From positions 25,471,520 to 25,535,519 of the forward strand of contig OZ316893.1 of NCBI GenBank assembly GCA_973895155.1: a stretch of 64,000 nucleotides of DNA. Reading direction: 5' to 3'. The translations under genes were made by a program, and so were the position numbers. The notes beneath the pieces are model-generated. The model saw nothing but the letters and a program-made list of their open reading frames with translations. It had not been told where the DNA came from and ran no database searches. Shown piece after piece: positions 1-12,110 of the stretch. The first letter of the stretch is position 1; each line of letters opens with the position of its first letter. Source of the stretch: Marsupella aquatica. Taxonomy: Eukaryota; Plantae; Marchantiophyta.

Positions 1-114
1 ATGTGCAAATATTGCGTGAGGATCATCTGCAGAATCTCGTGGTTTGTCATTGTCCATCACCAAACTTTTGGATCATCAAAGAAATGCTCCGTTATTGTAA
101 AATTGTTTTTGCAG

Positions 115-3100
115 TGCCAGCATTCAAGGATGTTATTGATGTGCCTCTTGTTGTAAGAGATGTGCGTAAAAGTCGCCAACAGGTACGTGCCTTACATATT
201 TAAGAATGATCCGAAGGCAACACAGCCTCACTGCCACCAGTGCTGATAATGTCAAATACTCTGTAACCACGTTTCCAGTTCTTCCAACAAGTGTATTATA
301 CTCATTAGCCGTCCAATTGATGGATGAGAGAAAGGCTATGAAAGCTCCCATATGTTCCATTTCAAAGAATCTGCTTTGTTTTGGCTAGCCCGCGTCAAAT
401 ACAATCTGCATTTATTTTACTTTGATGATCTCATCAAACAGGTTCGGGAGGAGTTAAGAATTGCTGAAGACGAAAAGATTCTCCTCTTCAACTTTGGAGG
501 ACAGGTTGTGACTCTTTTACCAACCTGTCTGAGTATTAAGAATCGATGCTCTTTCCTGTTCTGATTGCACTAGCCCTCGTCAAGTCTGACTATTGAGCAG
601 ACAGCCCAGAGAGTCTTTAGTTCTAATTTCTTGCAAATGTCATCTTGTATGTGCACGATGTCTACGCTGATGGATCCACAAAAGCGCACAAGTGTGCTGT
701 TTTGTAATTACTCAAGAGGCAACTATCTGTCAGCTGGTGGACCATGAAAAATTTAGTGATTCGTCAATACTCGAGCTCTCCTGGAGGCAAGAACTTTGTA
801 ACTAACGATTGAGTGTTGGGGTTTCAAGGACGCCAAGTGGTCTTTGAAAGAAGATTATCTTCCAGCCGGCTGGAAATGCTTGGTAAGTCAGTCTTCTTTG
901 TGTTTCTCTATCGATGTTATACTCTACCACCTTGTCTGCATAGTAGAAATACCCTTCATCGAGCCTCAACTGGTTATCGAGTCGCTCCTGCTGTCGTGTA
1001 TACTCGACTACATTGCATCTAGGAGTGCATACTGCGTTTTGCTGATGGGATCGTTGTTCATCTTATCACGGAAGGTATGTGGTGCACCTGCAGAACAACA
1101 GCTTGCCTCCAACTTCGTGCGTATGGACCGTGATGTTTATACCCCAGATCTTATTGCAGCCAGTGACTGCATGCTTGGTACGAATTAGCTGACTGGAGCT
1201 TCTAGATTTGAAAGTTCAATGGCCATAACCATTTGATTCGGTTGAGTGATTTGCTTTATGTGATGAATTGAAATGCATTTATCCTTGTCCTGTGAAGAGA
1301 TTTAGTTACTGGGACACCAATATGCTTCCTGCAGGAAAAATAGGCTATGGTACTGTCAGTGAAGCACTGGCCTACAAGGTGCCCTTAGTGTTTGTCCGCC
1401 GTGATTACTTCAATGAGGAGCCATTTCTCAGAAAAGTATTGGAGGTAAATTTGCACGACATATCTTCACCCTCTGAACTTGCCGTGTGACTTTAACAATT
1501 ATTTGACAGTAACTGAATCGCAAGTATAACATTTCAGATTGAAGTTATGTTCCTCTCCAAGCTAGGGATGAATATCAGAAGGATCTCTCTGTTCAAAGTC
1601 CTGAGCTTCGTTTGTGACCTTGTAACAGTCTTATCGGGGTGGAGTGGAGATGTCACGTCGGGATTTCTTTTCTGGGACATGGGGACCATTTTTACGACGA
1701 GCTGTAGCCCTACGGCCGTGCTACATTGGTGAAGTCAATGGTGGCAAGGTTGTCTTTCGTTCTAATCAATAATTTGCTCAAGTCAAACCTCATCATCCAC
1801 AACTGGGATGTCCATCCTGTTTGCGTATGTTGCCACAATGGCTGCTTCCCTTTCAGTTTCACATACGTTTTCGCATTATACTATTTACTTCCGAAGTCAC
1901 CTAATGTTTCACTTCGTAGTTTTCAATGCCTGAAAGAATATTGATAAAAAGAAATTTGGTCTGGGTAATGCAGGTTGCAGCGAAAATTTTACAAGATGCT
2001 GCCATGGGCAAAGTTCACAAAACACAGAAGGTATGCAAAATGAGGCTCTTGCCCATTGTTTGGATCAACGTGCTAACTGAAAGAGCTTGGGGACATGTTT
2101 ACAAAACACCATTAATACCGCTCTTACCCTCAGGTGGATAGTTTAAGTCTGTTTGTGCACTGGAAAGTTGTGGCCCCTGTCTGTATAAAATGTGCAAAAA
2201 TGTCTACCACTGCATCAATCCTTGTATGTCAAGTTCGTGATATACCACGCCTTCCGCAGCAAAGTGGAGCGAGGAGGCTACAGGATGCGATTATTTTTGG
2301 GTTTCAAATGCAGCGGCATCCTGGTCGTGATATAGAAGTGCCAGATTGGTATTCGACCCAAGAAAGTCAGTTGGGACTCTCTGCTCTACTCCATGCAGAT
2401 GCCCCAAATGTGTTTCTCGAGAAGGAGGCCACTGTAGCACTAAAACTGTGAGCATTCTGTTTCTTGACTCTTGCTCCTACTTTGTCTGAATTTGTGGAAC
2501 AGTAGCTTGGATTGCTCCTTCGACGATTACAAAGAACTAAGGTCAGGAGTTTCTTTTGTGTCGTCAACTGGAAATTGTTGCCGTTTTGAGTTGTTATTGA
2601 TGATCTTCATATTGCACGCTGGGTCTCCAATGAATTTCCGGTTACTCTTATCCAGAAAAACCTGAAACTTCCTATTCAGCCTAGTCAGGTGATTTGATCA
2701 CTGACATTGACGCTACAATTGTTGCAGAGTTCCACAATTTGACATTCTACATGGAGACTTGAGTGGATTGCCTGATACAGCTTGGTTTCTGAAAACCCTT
2801 GGAAGAATAGATGAAGATGGCGACGTTGTAGCAAGTGATCATGCAGAAAAGCCTCAAGAGCAGGAGCGGCTGGCAGCCGCAGGACTGTTTCGTTGGGAGG
2901 TGGGACTATCTTTAACAAATATTTCGAAGTGCCGATTTCTTATCTCAAAATGTGTGGCATGAAACCAATGACTCTGATGCAAGTTAAAGTGAGTGTTGCT
3001 CAATATCCAGGAGGCTTTTTCTGACTGCCTTGTATTTAAAGTTGGATATTTTAGCTCATTAAACATTTACACGACCTTATATGCTGTGGATCAGAATGAA

Positions 3101-6100
3101 TTTGTGCATACTGACATCTGTCCTAACCCTCAGTCTCTTGAACCAGTTAAACTAGCAGATCTTATTGTGTAGATACTTGAGAAGGATTGAATAGAACTTA
3201 TATTTTCTCCATGTTGTGGATATCTGTTTAGGAGGAGCTTTTCGTATCCAGAGCTCCAGGTCGGCTCGATGTCATGGGGGGAATTTCAGACTATTCTGGA
3301 GCTTTGGTCTTGCAGGTCTACTCTCATCACTCTCTTTGGATCGTCGCAACTAGAACTCGTGTATGGATTGGCTTGATAGTTTAACTCGTCCCAACCGAAA
3401 GAACAGAAGAGCCTATGCTAGACAGGTTTCCCATGCTGGCAGGTTTTACATCTCTTTCTAAAATGGAAATGCAATTGCAAGGGTCTGGGTGAACTCTTAC
3501 AAACTGAAGTTGAGTAGTCTATGACAGATACTGCAAAGAAACCTCTGACTTCCAAGGAGATTAGATTCTGCATAAGAAATATTACCAACGAACATTTCAT
3601 CCGGCAGATTTAGAGCTACCCCTTTTTGGAAGCACTCATTCAACTTCTACTATACGAACTTCCCTGTATCTCTTGTCTATCCCTAAGTCAGTGAAGAATA
3701 CAAATTTATCTGTCCTGGTGTTATGTATGGTTACATATCCAAAAATCCACTCAGCAGATCTAAGGTGGACCCCAACAGTTTAACCAGGCGCTTCAGTTGG
3801 AATAGAAAAATTCATTAGTACATTGGCTCCTATACTATTATTTCAGGGAGTTTTTCTAATTCATCTGTCACATCGAATGCCTTTGGGTCATTGCAGATGC
3901 CCATACGAGAAGCTTGTCATGTTGCTGTTCAACGGCAACCACCTGGCAAACAGCGACTCTGGAAACACATGGTTGCACGGCATCCAGTGGAAGGTCAAGG
4001 GTTCAAGCCAGCTGTTCGCATTGTAAGCTTGGTTCTCGTTTTTATCACCAGTGAAACAACTTTAGAAATTGACAATGGCTATCCTTTGGAATCTGTACAT
4101 TCACATCGTTGTATCTGTGTCGCCTTTTGTCAGGTTTCATTTGGATCAGAACTTTCCAACAGAGCACCAAGTTTTGACATGGATATAGAAGACTTCTATG
4201 ATTCAGAAGGCAAACCAATTGGTTATGATGCAGCACGAAAGTACTTTGAGCAAGATCCTTCAAGAAAGTAAGGGACCAGTGGAAATGGCCTTTGATATAT
4301 AGCAAACCCGGTATTGATGGGTGTAGACTGCCTTCATGATAATGAGGCGGGTAACCGATGTTTCCTATCCTCGTTTTCTTTGCATTTGTGCAGGTGGGCA
4401 GCATATGTCGCGGGAACGCTTCTTGTATTGATACGCGAACGTGGCACTCAATTTCAGGATGGGATTAGTATTCTTGTAAGTATCATCAGAATCAAACAGA
4501 ATTCCTTAAATTATAGGGCCAGAGGGCTCCAACGGGGCAAAGACTAGTTTAAGTTAACTGACAAGCATAGAAACTGGCCTATCTGAAGCTCCGAGTCGCA
4601 TCAGGCAGTTCTTTGGTCTAATTTTGTGAGTGCTTCCCTTCGAAGCTTTTGGTCCCTGCCAGGGAGCTTGATGTGGTTCAGCTCAACGTTTGGTCAAAAG
4701 TTACCGGAATTGATGATTTTCAAGTCCGCAATTCGTACTGTCCTGATGCTAACCTTTTTGTCCGAGATGAGGGGCTAAAAGGACCCATAAAGTCGTCTAA
4801 CATCGGGTAGTAGTTGTTGGTGCTGTAAGTAGAAGATGAGCCTCTCTAGGGCATAAAGCCGAGTAGCACTTCATCAAATGAAGCTAACTCTGGGCACTTT
4901 GGTTCGCATACGCTGTAGGAATATTTTCTAAGTTTCTTTTATCCAACTTTCCGCTGTTAACTTGGCGGATGGTCTCCACATCTCAGCACTATAGCTGCCC
5001 TATCAGTAGCACTGTGGAGCACGAACAGCTTCAAACATAGACCCAAGCTCTCAAGATGAATCACTTTGCAATCTGATTCAAACTTGAAGGTGCTCTCATA
5101 CTGTTAGCCCGCTAGCACCATGATGGTATGCCACACCTTCCTACTAGAGAACTTCAACCTCAAGTAGACTTAGACCTGGAGAGAGCTGTTTAGCTAAGCA
5201 TTACTTCCCTTCTCTCCCTCCAAAGATCGTCCTTTTGGTTGTTTTCTCGATTGAATTTCATGCCAGCTTGGGTGAAGATCGACTGCTTGAAATTGGAAGT
5301 TTTCGTGCCTTTAATGGCTTGCTGTTGCTTTATAGACACTTGTGATAAGATCTTATGAAAACTGAAATCAAATTGCAGGTATCTTCTGCCGTTCCAGAGG
5401 GTAAAGGGGTATCGTCTTCAGCGGCTCTTGAAGTTGCAACCATGTCTGCTCTTGCTGCGGCTTATGGTACATCTCAAAGGAGTGTTCAGGATGGCCTTAT
5501 ATCTCAGATAGTCGCTATTTTATATTTGTTTACTTTATGAACGCTCATTTCTGTGCGCACATTGAAATTTGAGGTGGACTCAGAACAACTGGCCCCATTA
5601 TGTGCGAAGATTGAAAGGAATATGTACTTTGTGTGCCACCGACTTACAGGATTGGATATACCTCCCAAAGAGTTAGCAATCTTATGTCAAAAGGTTTGCC
5701 TACTTTTCTTTCTTTTTCTTTGTAGTCAGTGCTCTTTGTTGGTGTCATGCAAGCAAATCTCAAGTGTATTAAAATCTGAAACGAAAACAACATCGGTTCA
5801 GCTCCCTCTCACAACACCAATACAGGAGATATGCAATTCATGGAGGAACCATCGTTCCTATGACTGGTTTTCTTTTCCTTCAGGTAGAAAATCTTGTTGT
5901 TGGAGCTCCGTGTGGAATCATGGATCAAATGGCATCTGCTTGTGGAGAGGCTTATAAGCTTCTGGCCATGGTGTGCCAGGTATGACGACACCTTTCTAGC
6001 TTTCAAAACACTAATTTCTGGCAACGTAATGCAAATTTCTTGATATCCTTGTGCCATAGAGGTGGGGTAGGTACTTGTTCAGCAAGATAGCCTTAAGGTA

Positions 6101-8572
6101 GGAGTTAAGTATTTTTTCTCCTTTACCCTAGTGGGAAATAATCATCTGAACTTGTGTTCAGCAAGACAGCCTTAAGGTAGTAGTTGCGTATTTTTGCCCC
6201 TTCAACCTACTGGGAATAATCATTTGAACTTGTGTTCAGCCTGCACATGTGAAGGAGCATATCACCATTCCAACAAATTTACGATTCTGGGGCCTTGATT
6301 CTGGTATAAGGCACAGGTATGGATTAGACGACACATTATCGAAGCTTCAAAGCTAAAATATTCACAGGGGTTAATGACCTATATAGGATGTAATTTAAGA
6401 CATTATAATGAGTGTGGTTTTATATATTTATGAAGAACATGCTTTACACCTTACCTTTGGCACCAGAAATTTTCTTTGTAGCTGAAGTTATCTATTGTCG
6501 TACAATGCGGGAGGAGCAGACTATGGATCTGTCCGTGTGGTTTCTAAATTTTTATGAAAAGCATTCTTTGCATCTTAGATTGGCACCAGAATTTGTCTCT
6601 GAAGCTGAAGTCAACTATTGTCGTACAGTGTAGGAGGAGCAGACTATGGATCTGTCCGTGTGGGGGCTTTCATGGGCCGTCGGATCATTCAATCAGAAGC
6701 TCAAAGACTTCTCGCAGAGTTGTCACAACAACCATGCGATAGCAGCAGCCTTGATGGGTTGTTAGATGAAACTCTACTGGAAATCCACGAAGCAAACCTG
6801 TCTCTCGTTGACGAAGAAGCCAACTTGGACTACCTCTGCAATATTCATCCCCACAGGTGACACCATAAATCACTCGCCAGTATTTTTGAAATACTTTTAA
6901 GATCATAATGTTGTCTAAGTATTCGGGTAGATGTTCCACATTATTTACCCAGTTGAGAAGAAAGTTTTCAGGTCAACGTTTGATTTGGGTGGACGTACAG
7001 TAGCTTCTCTGACTTGATAATCTGCATCGATCTATTTCATTCATGAACTTATGATGAACGCTGTAGGCATTACTAAGGATACCATCTGAACAGCGCAGAA
7101 GACTTTAATGGCCTCATTGAATTATGAGAACTTGAACATTTTGTTGGCGGCTAAGTGGATTGCTCAAAACGGTTCCAGGTTTGAAGCTCAATATGCACGG
7201 TGGATTCCAGCAGACATGCATGGGAAGAGTTTCTCTGAAAGTTTTGGTGACCATAACGATCCCGTTACAAGGATTGATGTGAACAGTACTTACAATATCA
7301 AAGCACCAACTGTACATCCTATATATGAGAATTTCCGTGTGAAGGTATGACACAAACCTTAACTTCTGTACCTCAATAATGATCTGTGTCCCTGCATGGT
7401 AGGATGCAGTGATAAGAGGTGTTGTGTGATCAGCTGAATCTTGACCTGACTGTTTTCTGACTGATTGGGTTTCGTGGCAGACGTTTGCTTCATTGCTGAC
7501 TGTGGCAAACACAGATGAACAGCTCGCTGCTCTTGGAGAACTCATGTATCAGGTGGGTACTTCTATTGTCACCCACAACCTCAAGTCGGGGACATTTTCA
7601 CTACCTTCCTTCAGAAGACACATTTTTCTGTATCCTTCATATGTGATTTATCATACTCCTTGTTTATCTACACCTCCAGAAGTAAACAGGAAAATCTACA
7701 ACGTAACAATCAGTACCTGTTTATAGTATTGAGGGATTCTCTGGGGCTGTCAAAATTAGTCCAAGCCCATTGGTGTCCGTCCAGTTAGTCTTTAGCAATA
7801 TGTGAAAGCGTCAAGCACAGACGTTGCATGGTTTCTTGAACGCTTCTGTCCGTCAGTAACATACAAGAAGGCCGCTGACCCTAAATCTCAATGCAGTCAC
7901 ACTCTGGCTATTCCAGTTGCGGACTTGGTTCCAAGGGCACAGATAGGCTGGTGTCACTTACGAGGTACATGCAATATAACAAACGGACCAGTCCTTTCGA
8001 GCAAGGCCCATTGTTTGGCGCCAAGATTTCAGGTGGAGGGTGCGGAGGAACAGTGTGTGTTTTAGGCCGACATACACAAGAAGCTGAGAAGCAAATCACT
8101 CACGTAAGGATGGCCCTCATAGTCCCCTCTGCCGCTGTCATGCCATCTGCATACCTCTCAGTTTGAGAAGCTCTTTCATAGTGCATACATTGTGAGGGTC
8201 ACAAGCCTTTCCCTCTCCTTTTCTCATCGCGGTGAGAAGAGAGAGAGGAGGCGGGGGTGCTCTGACAACTCTGTCGGGATGCCTTCAATTGAGGCCTAGC
8301 AGAGGTCGTAATTCAATCTGTCAAGGAGAGGGTGTAATGCAGAAAGCCCACATTAGATGATCTACAACGATTACAGTCTCATTCAGTTGCCAACCATTCA
8401 AGGAGAGCTACCAATGGACTGTGAAGTTTGTATATTGACATGTTAATATCATCCGCCTGTGCAGATCCAAGAACTTTACAAGGCGTCAACTGGACATCTA
8501 CCATATTTGTTCGAGGGCTCCTCACCTGGGGCTGCCCAGTTTGGATATCTTCGCATACTTCGCAGAAAATGA
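115..8572 (+). CDS. ARA1: L-arabinokinase (glycosyltransferase-like N-terminal domain + GHMP kinase), multi-exon, 5' end outside window
   Basis: GT-AG exons translate to [84 protein letters not shown] (GHMP ATP-binding loop), [22 protein letters not shown]; last exon 8465-8572 [35 protein letters not shown]. Confidence 0.95.
6075..6240 (+). repeat. Intronic tandem duplication, ~79-bp unit, ending at a splice acceptor
   Basis: gttcagcaaga(t/c)agccttaaggtag...gggaa(a)taatcat(c/t)tgaacttgtgttcag occurs twice. Confidence 0.8.
6411..6662 (+). repeat. ~124-bp tandem duplication spanning an intron end and exon start of the arabinokinase gene
   Basis: ggcaccagaa...gctgaagt...ctattgtcgtaca(a/g)tg..ggaggagcagactatggatctgtccgtgtgg present twice. 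Confidence 0.85.
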
Positions 8573-10329
8573 GCAAAAAATGAGGACTATTGCTCCGTTG
8601 GGCGCTCATTCATGGGATAGTCCCCACTAAGGTGACATTCCCTGACCTCTCATGTGAGCGTCTCAGTAAGGTAAAATCTCAAAAGACGGATGAAATCTCT
8701 TGAAGCCCCCAGGTGCAAATCCATGACGGGGAACAGGACAGATACTAGAGAATTGGTCGCCACCTCAAGTACTCACTGAATAATGTTTGCCCATCAGTAG
8801 TAGTAGTTCTGATGAGGTAGCAACTGAAGGGCCATATTAAGTCCGCGTCATATATGCCTCCTCCTTGATGACTCCAATTTTCAGGAGAGACAGGCCAATA
8901 CATGTTACAACTTAGATAATTATACATTCTAGATGTCATTAGGGGGCAGCTGATGGATCTGCTGATAGGAGAACGGATCTGTCCAGGTAATTAAATGGTC
9001 CCTTATAAGGAGAATGGATAACTACAGTAGAGCCCCCATACCAGCGAAGTAGCTAGACCTGTCAATCCTGTTTGTGGACTACATTTGTGACACTAATGAC
9101 TAAACTTGTATCTAAACAAGATGGACTACTATTGTCTTTATAACAAAAGACAACCTGAATGCAAACAAGATGTGTGAATGTTTTCAGTATGAGATAAGCT
9201 CAATGAGTGTAAACAACAAAACTAAAACAGCAGAAGATGAAGGTGATGGACTTTGATGTGCCCAACTCGACTCTTGGGTGCTTCTTCTTGGCCTTAGTCT
9301 GTTGATAGATCAGTTCCATGACATGTGGTCTGAGCACTGGTCGGAGCACGGATCACGGCGTTGAGGGGTAGCATGATTGGCAATGATCATAAGGTAAGTT
9401 TGGTGTTTGGTTGAAGCCAGCCAACCGCCCCTAAACACTTTCTAACCAATTTGCTTCGAAGTCACTTTCCTACTTAGCTTTGTGTTTGTTTTTGTGTGCC
9501 TTACTGGATAAAAGCACCTCAGGCATGCACGACCGTGATTCTATCCTGTACAAGCAAGTAGTGGCACTGGTTTAGTGAGCCTGAAGCACAAAATACTTTC
9601 ATTTACAAGTAACTTTTTTTGTTAGTTTCGTATTTGTTTTGTGTACACTAAAGCACTCTTTAGTGTGTGTTATGGGATGTAAGCACCGAAGGCGTAGGCA
9701 AGGGTGTTACTATCCTGCACAACCAAGATTGGCAGTGTTTTAGTCACCTCAAAAGTAAGACAAAAGCACTGGTCTTACCTTGCACTAGTCTTTAGCTTAC
9801 ACTGGTCCAAGGTAAGACCAGAAGTTAGGTGGACTCAAAGATTACTAAGTCCTCTGTCAGCCACTAGGTGGTCATGGAAGGTTTTTTTTCCTGAATGCTT
9901 TTGTCAGTGGGTGGGGACTCGACCGGAAACCTCACTCTAGACAAGAAGATATTCAAGTGGCATAAGTCTCAAGTGGAGGAAAATCCATTAGAAGAACTAG
10001 GAAAACTGTGGAATTTAAATAAAGAAAAAGATAAACCATCCCCAAAGGTCCAACTTTCTTTTGTTTAATCTTGAACTAGTTTTGTTTACTAGTTTTGTTT
10101 AATTTCAAGAAGTGTGCAAGCAAAGGGGAGTGTTCAGGTTCGGCCTCAAGAAGGTGCATTGTGACACCTTTCGGCCCATCTCATGATCATGGCAAATTCA
10201 TCACCATAATCCAATGGCCAAGGAGGAGTCCAACAGAATGACATTTCATAAACAGACCATGAGAAAGAAAGAGTGGGATTGCATATTACTAGCCTGAATG
10301 CCTGAGCTTTGCTTGTAAATAGATGGTGA

Positions 10330-12110
10330 GTACAATAAGGGTGAGTACCCTTATTGTAGCTTTTGATCTTTTGATAGAGTTAGTGGATAGTCTAACCTGA
10401 CTGCCCAGTCATTGAACATAAGTAGAGGTGAGTATATTTGATAGAGCTTGTTGTCTGTTCTCCAATTTGCAGCAATACACATTGAGCCATTGTCAAAGAC
10501 TCACCCTACTCACAATCCTTGGTTTTCCACTCGCACCAACTTCAGCTACACCCATAGAGTCACGGTCTAGAGGGGCTCTTCACCATAGGCCTTGAGCAGT
10601 AGGTTCACATTGCAATTATGTAGTGTTTACGTTGGATAACTATTTGCCATTAGGATTGGCTGTATGCCATATCCATTAGTCAATGTAGAGGCTGGTGAAA
10701 GAAAAAAAGAAAAAAATACTTTTTTGTGAAAAAGTTATGACCTATTCTTTAGGACCAAATGTCATCATTCGTAATCTCCAAGCTTTGAGATGCCCTATTG
10801 AGTTCCTTAAATCCCCACTTCCTGGTCACACCCCACCTTCAATTATGCCCCAGAGCCTAGAGTCAGTGTCTAGAGGCCTCACTCTAGAGAGTAAGCCTGC
10901 TTCACTCTAGAGAGTAAGCCTGCTTCACTCTAGATTCATGAGAGTAGCTTTGGATCATAATTATACTTGTTCTATTACTAGCTTGACTGTCCATTCTTTC
11001 AACTTAAACAGAAGTGGGGACCAAAAATACCTTGCAAAAAGCAAATATTCCCTAGTACTATCCATGTTCATCAATAATTTGCACCAAAGTGCTCGAGAGT
11101 CATAGTCTAGAGGCTCCACTTGAGGTGGGGACAGAAAATACCTGGCTTGCAAAAAGCAAACATTCCCTACTGTTCACATTCATCAATAATTTGCTCCAAA
11201 GTGCTCCAGAGATTCAGTCTAGAGGCCTCACTCTAGATAGTAGGCCGTAAGTGTAACTTTAGATGAGCCGTGAGAGTAACTTTAGATGGAGATTATAGTT
11301 ACTAGCCTAGCTACCATCCTTTTGAACATAAGTAGAGGCTACAATTAAAAAAACTTTGCAAAAAATTAATTAAAGATTCTTGATCATTTTTTACTTGCCC
11401 TCTATCCCTACACTCCCAGTTTCAGTATGGTTTGCGGGAGGCCCAAATTCATGGACTACATGCTTCACTCTAGCCAATAGGCCATGAGTTAGCATTGGAT
11501 TGTGATTATATACTCAGGGGTCTCACTAATGGATGCCTCTCCATCACCTGCAACGTTTTTAGGCCTCGGACCCCCTAAAATGTAAGAAAATTTTAATTTT
11601 TTTGACCCCTATTAAGTTGGAATATTCTCAAAATATTCCAAAATTTTGGTTATAAGGACCCTAATGTTCTTATAAGTCTCAAAATTGGATTTAAAAGACA
11701 CTATTGTTCTTCTCAGAAAATTCTTAAGTCTTCCCTTCGAACCAATAAAATGACCTTATACTTTGTCGCACGTGATATATCATTTTTGTGGAAGTGCAAC
11801 CCCTGAGATTATATAGTTACTAACGAATTGAATATGCCTTCCTTGAATGTTAATAAAGGTGAATAGAAGTTTCACTCTAGACTATAGGTAGGCCCTAAGT
11901 AGTTTTGGATTGCAATGATATAGTTACTAACCTAACTACCTGTTCCTTGAACATAAATAGAGGTGAAGAAACACAACAACCTTGCTATTCCCCTTGATCT
12001 GCTGACTTTGGTCCTTGAGTCAAGGTCAAGAGGTTCACTCTAGACAGTTGGCTTGATTCTCTACCTATGGTCCTAGTGTCAAGGCTTGGAGGTTCACTCT
12101 AGGAAGTTAG
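10330..12110. repeat. Cluster of degenerate copies of a repeat with a tctagagg(c/t)(c/t)tcactctaga core; includes a 24-bp tandem at ~10880-10935
   Basis: Core near 10867, 11105, 11218, 11870, 12030, 12085, often with ttgaacataa(g/a)tagagg; also at ~14363 and reverse-complemented at ~23722 and ~51440. Confidence 0.7.

Noticed and set aside
10120-10140. PPT-like aaaggggag followed by TG as the start of another LTR
   Set aside because: No matching second LTR, PBS or coding remnant could be identified by eye
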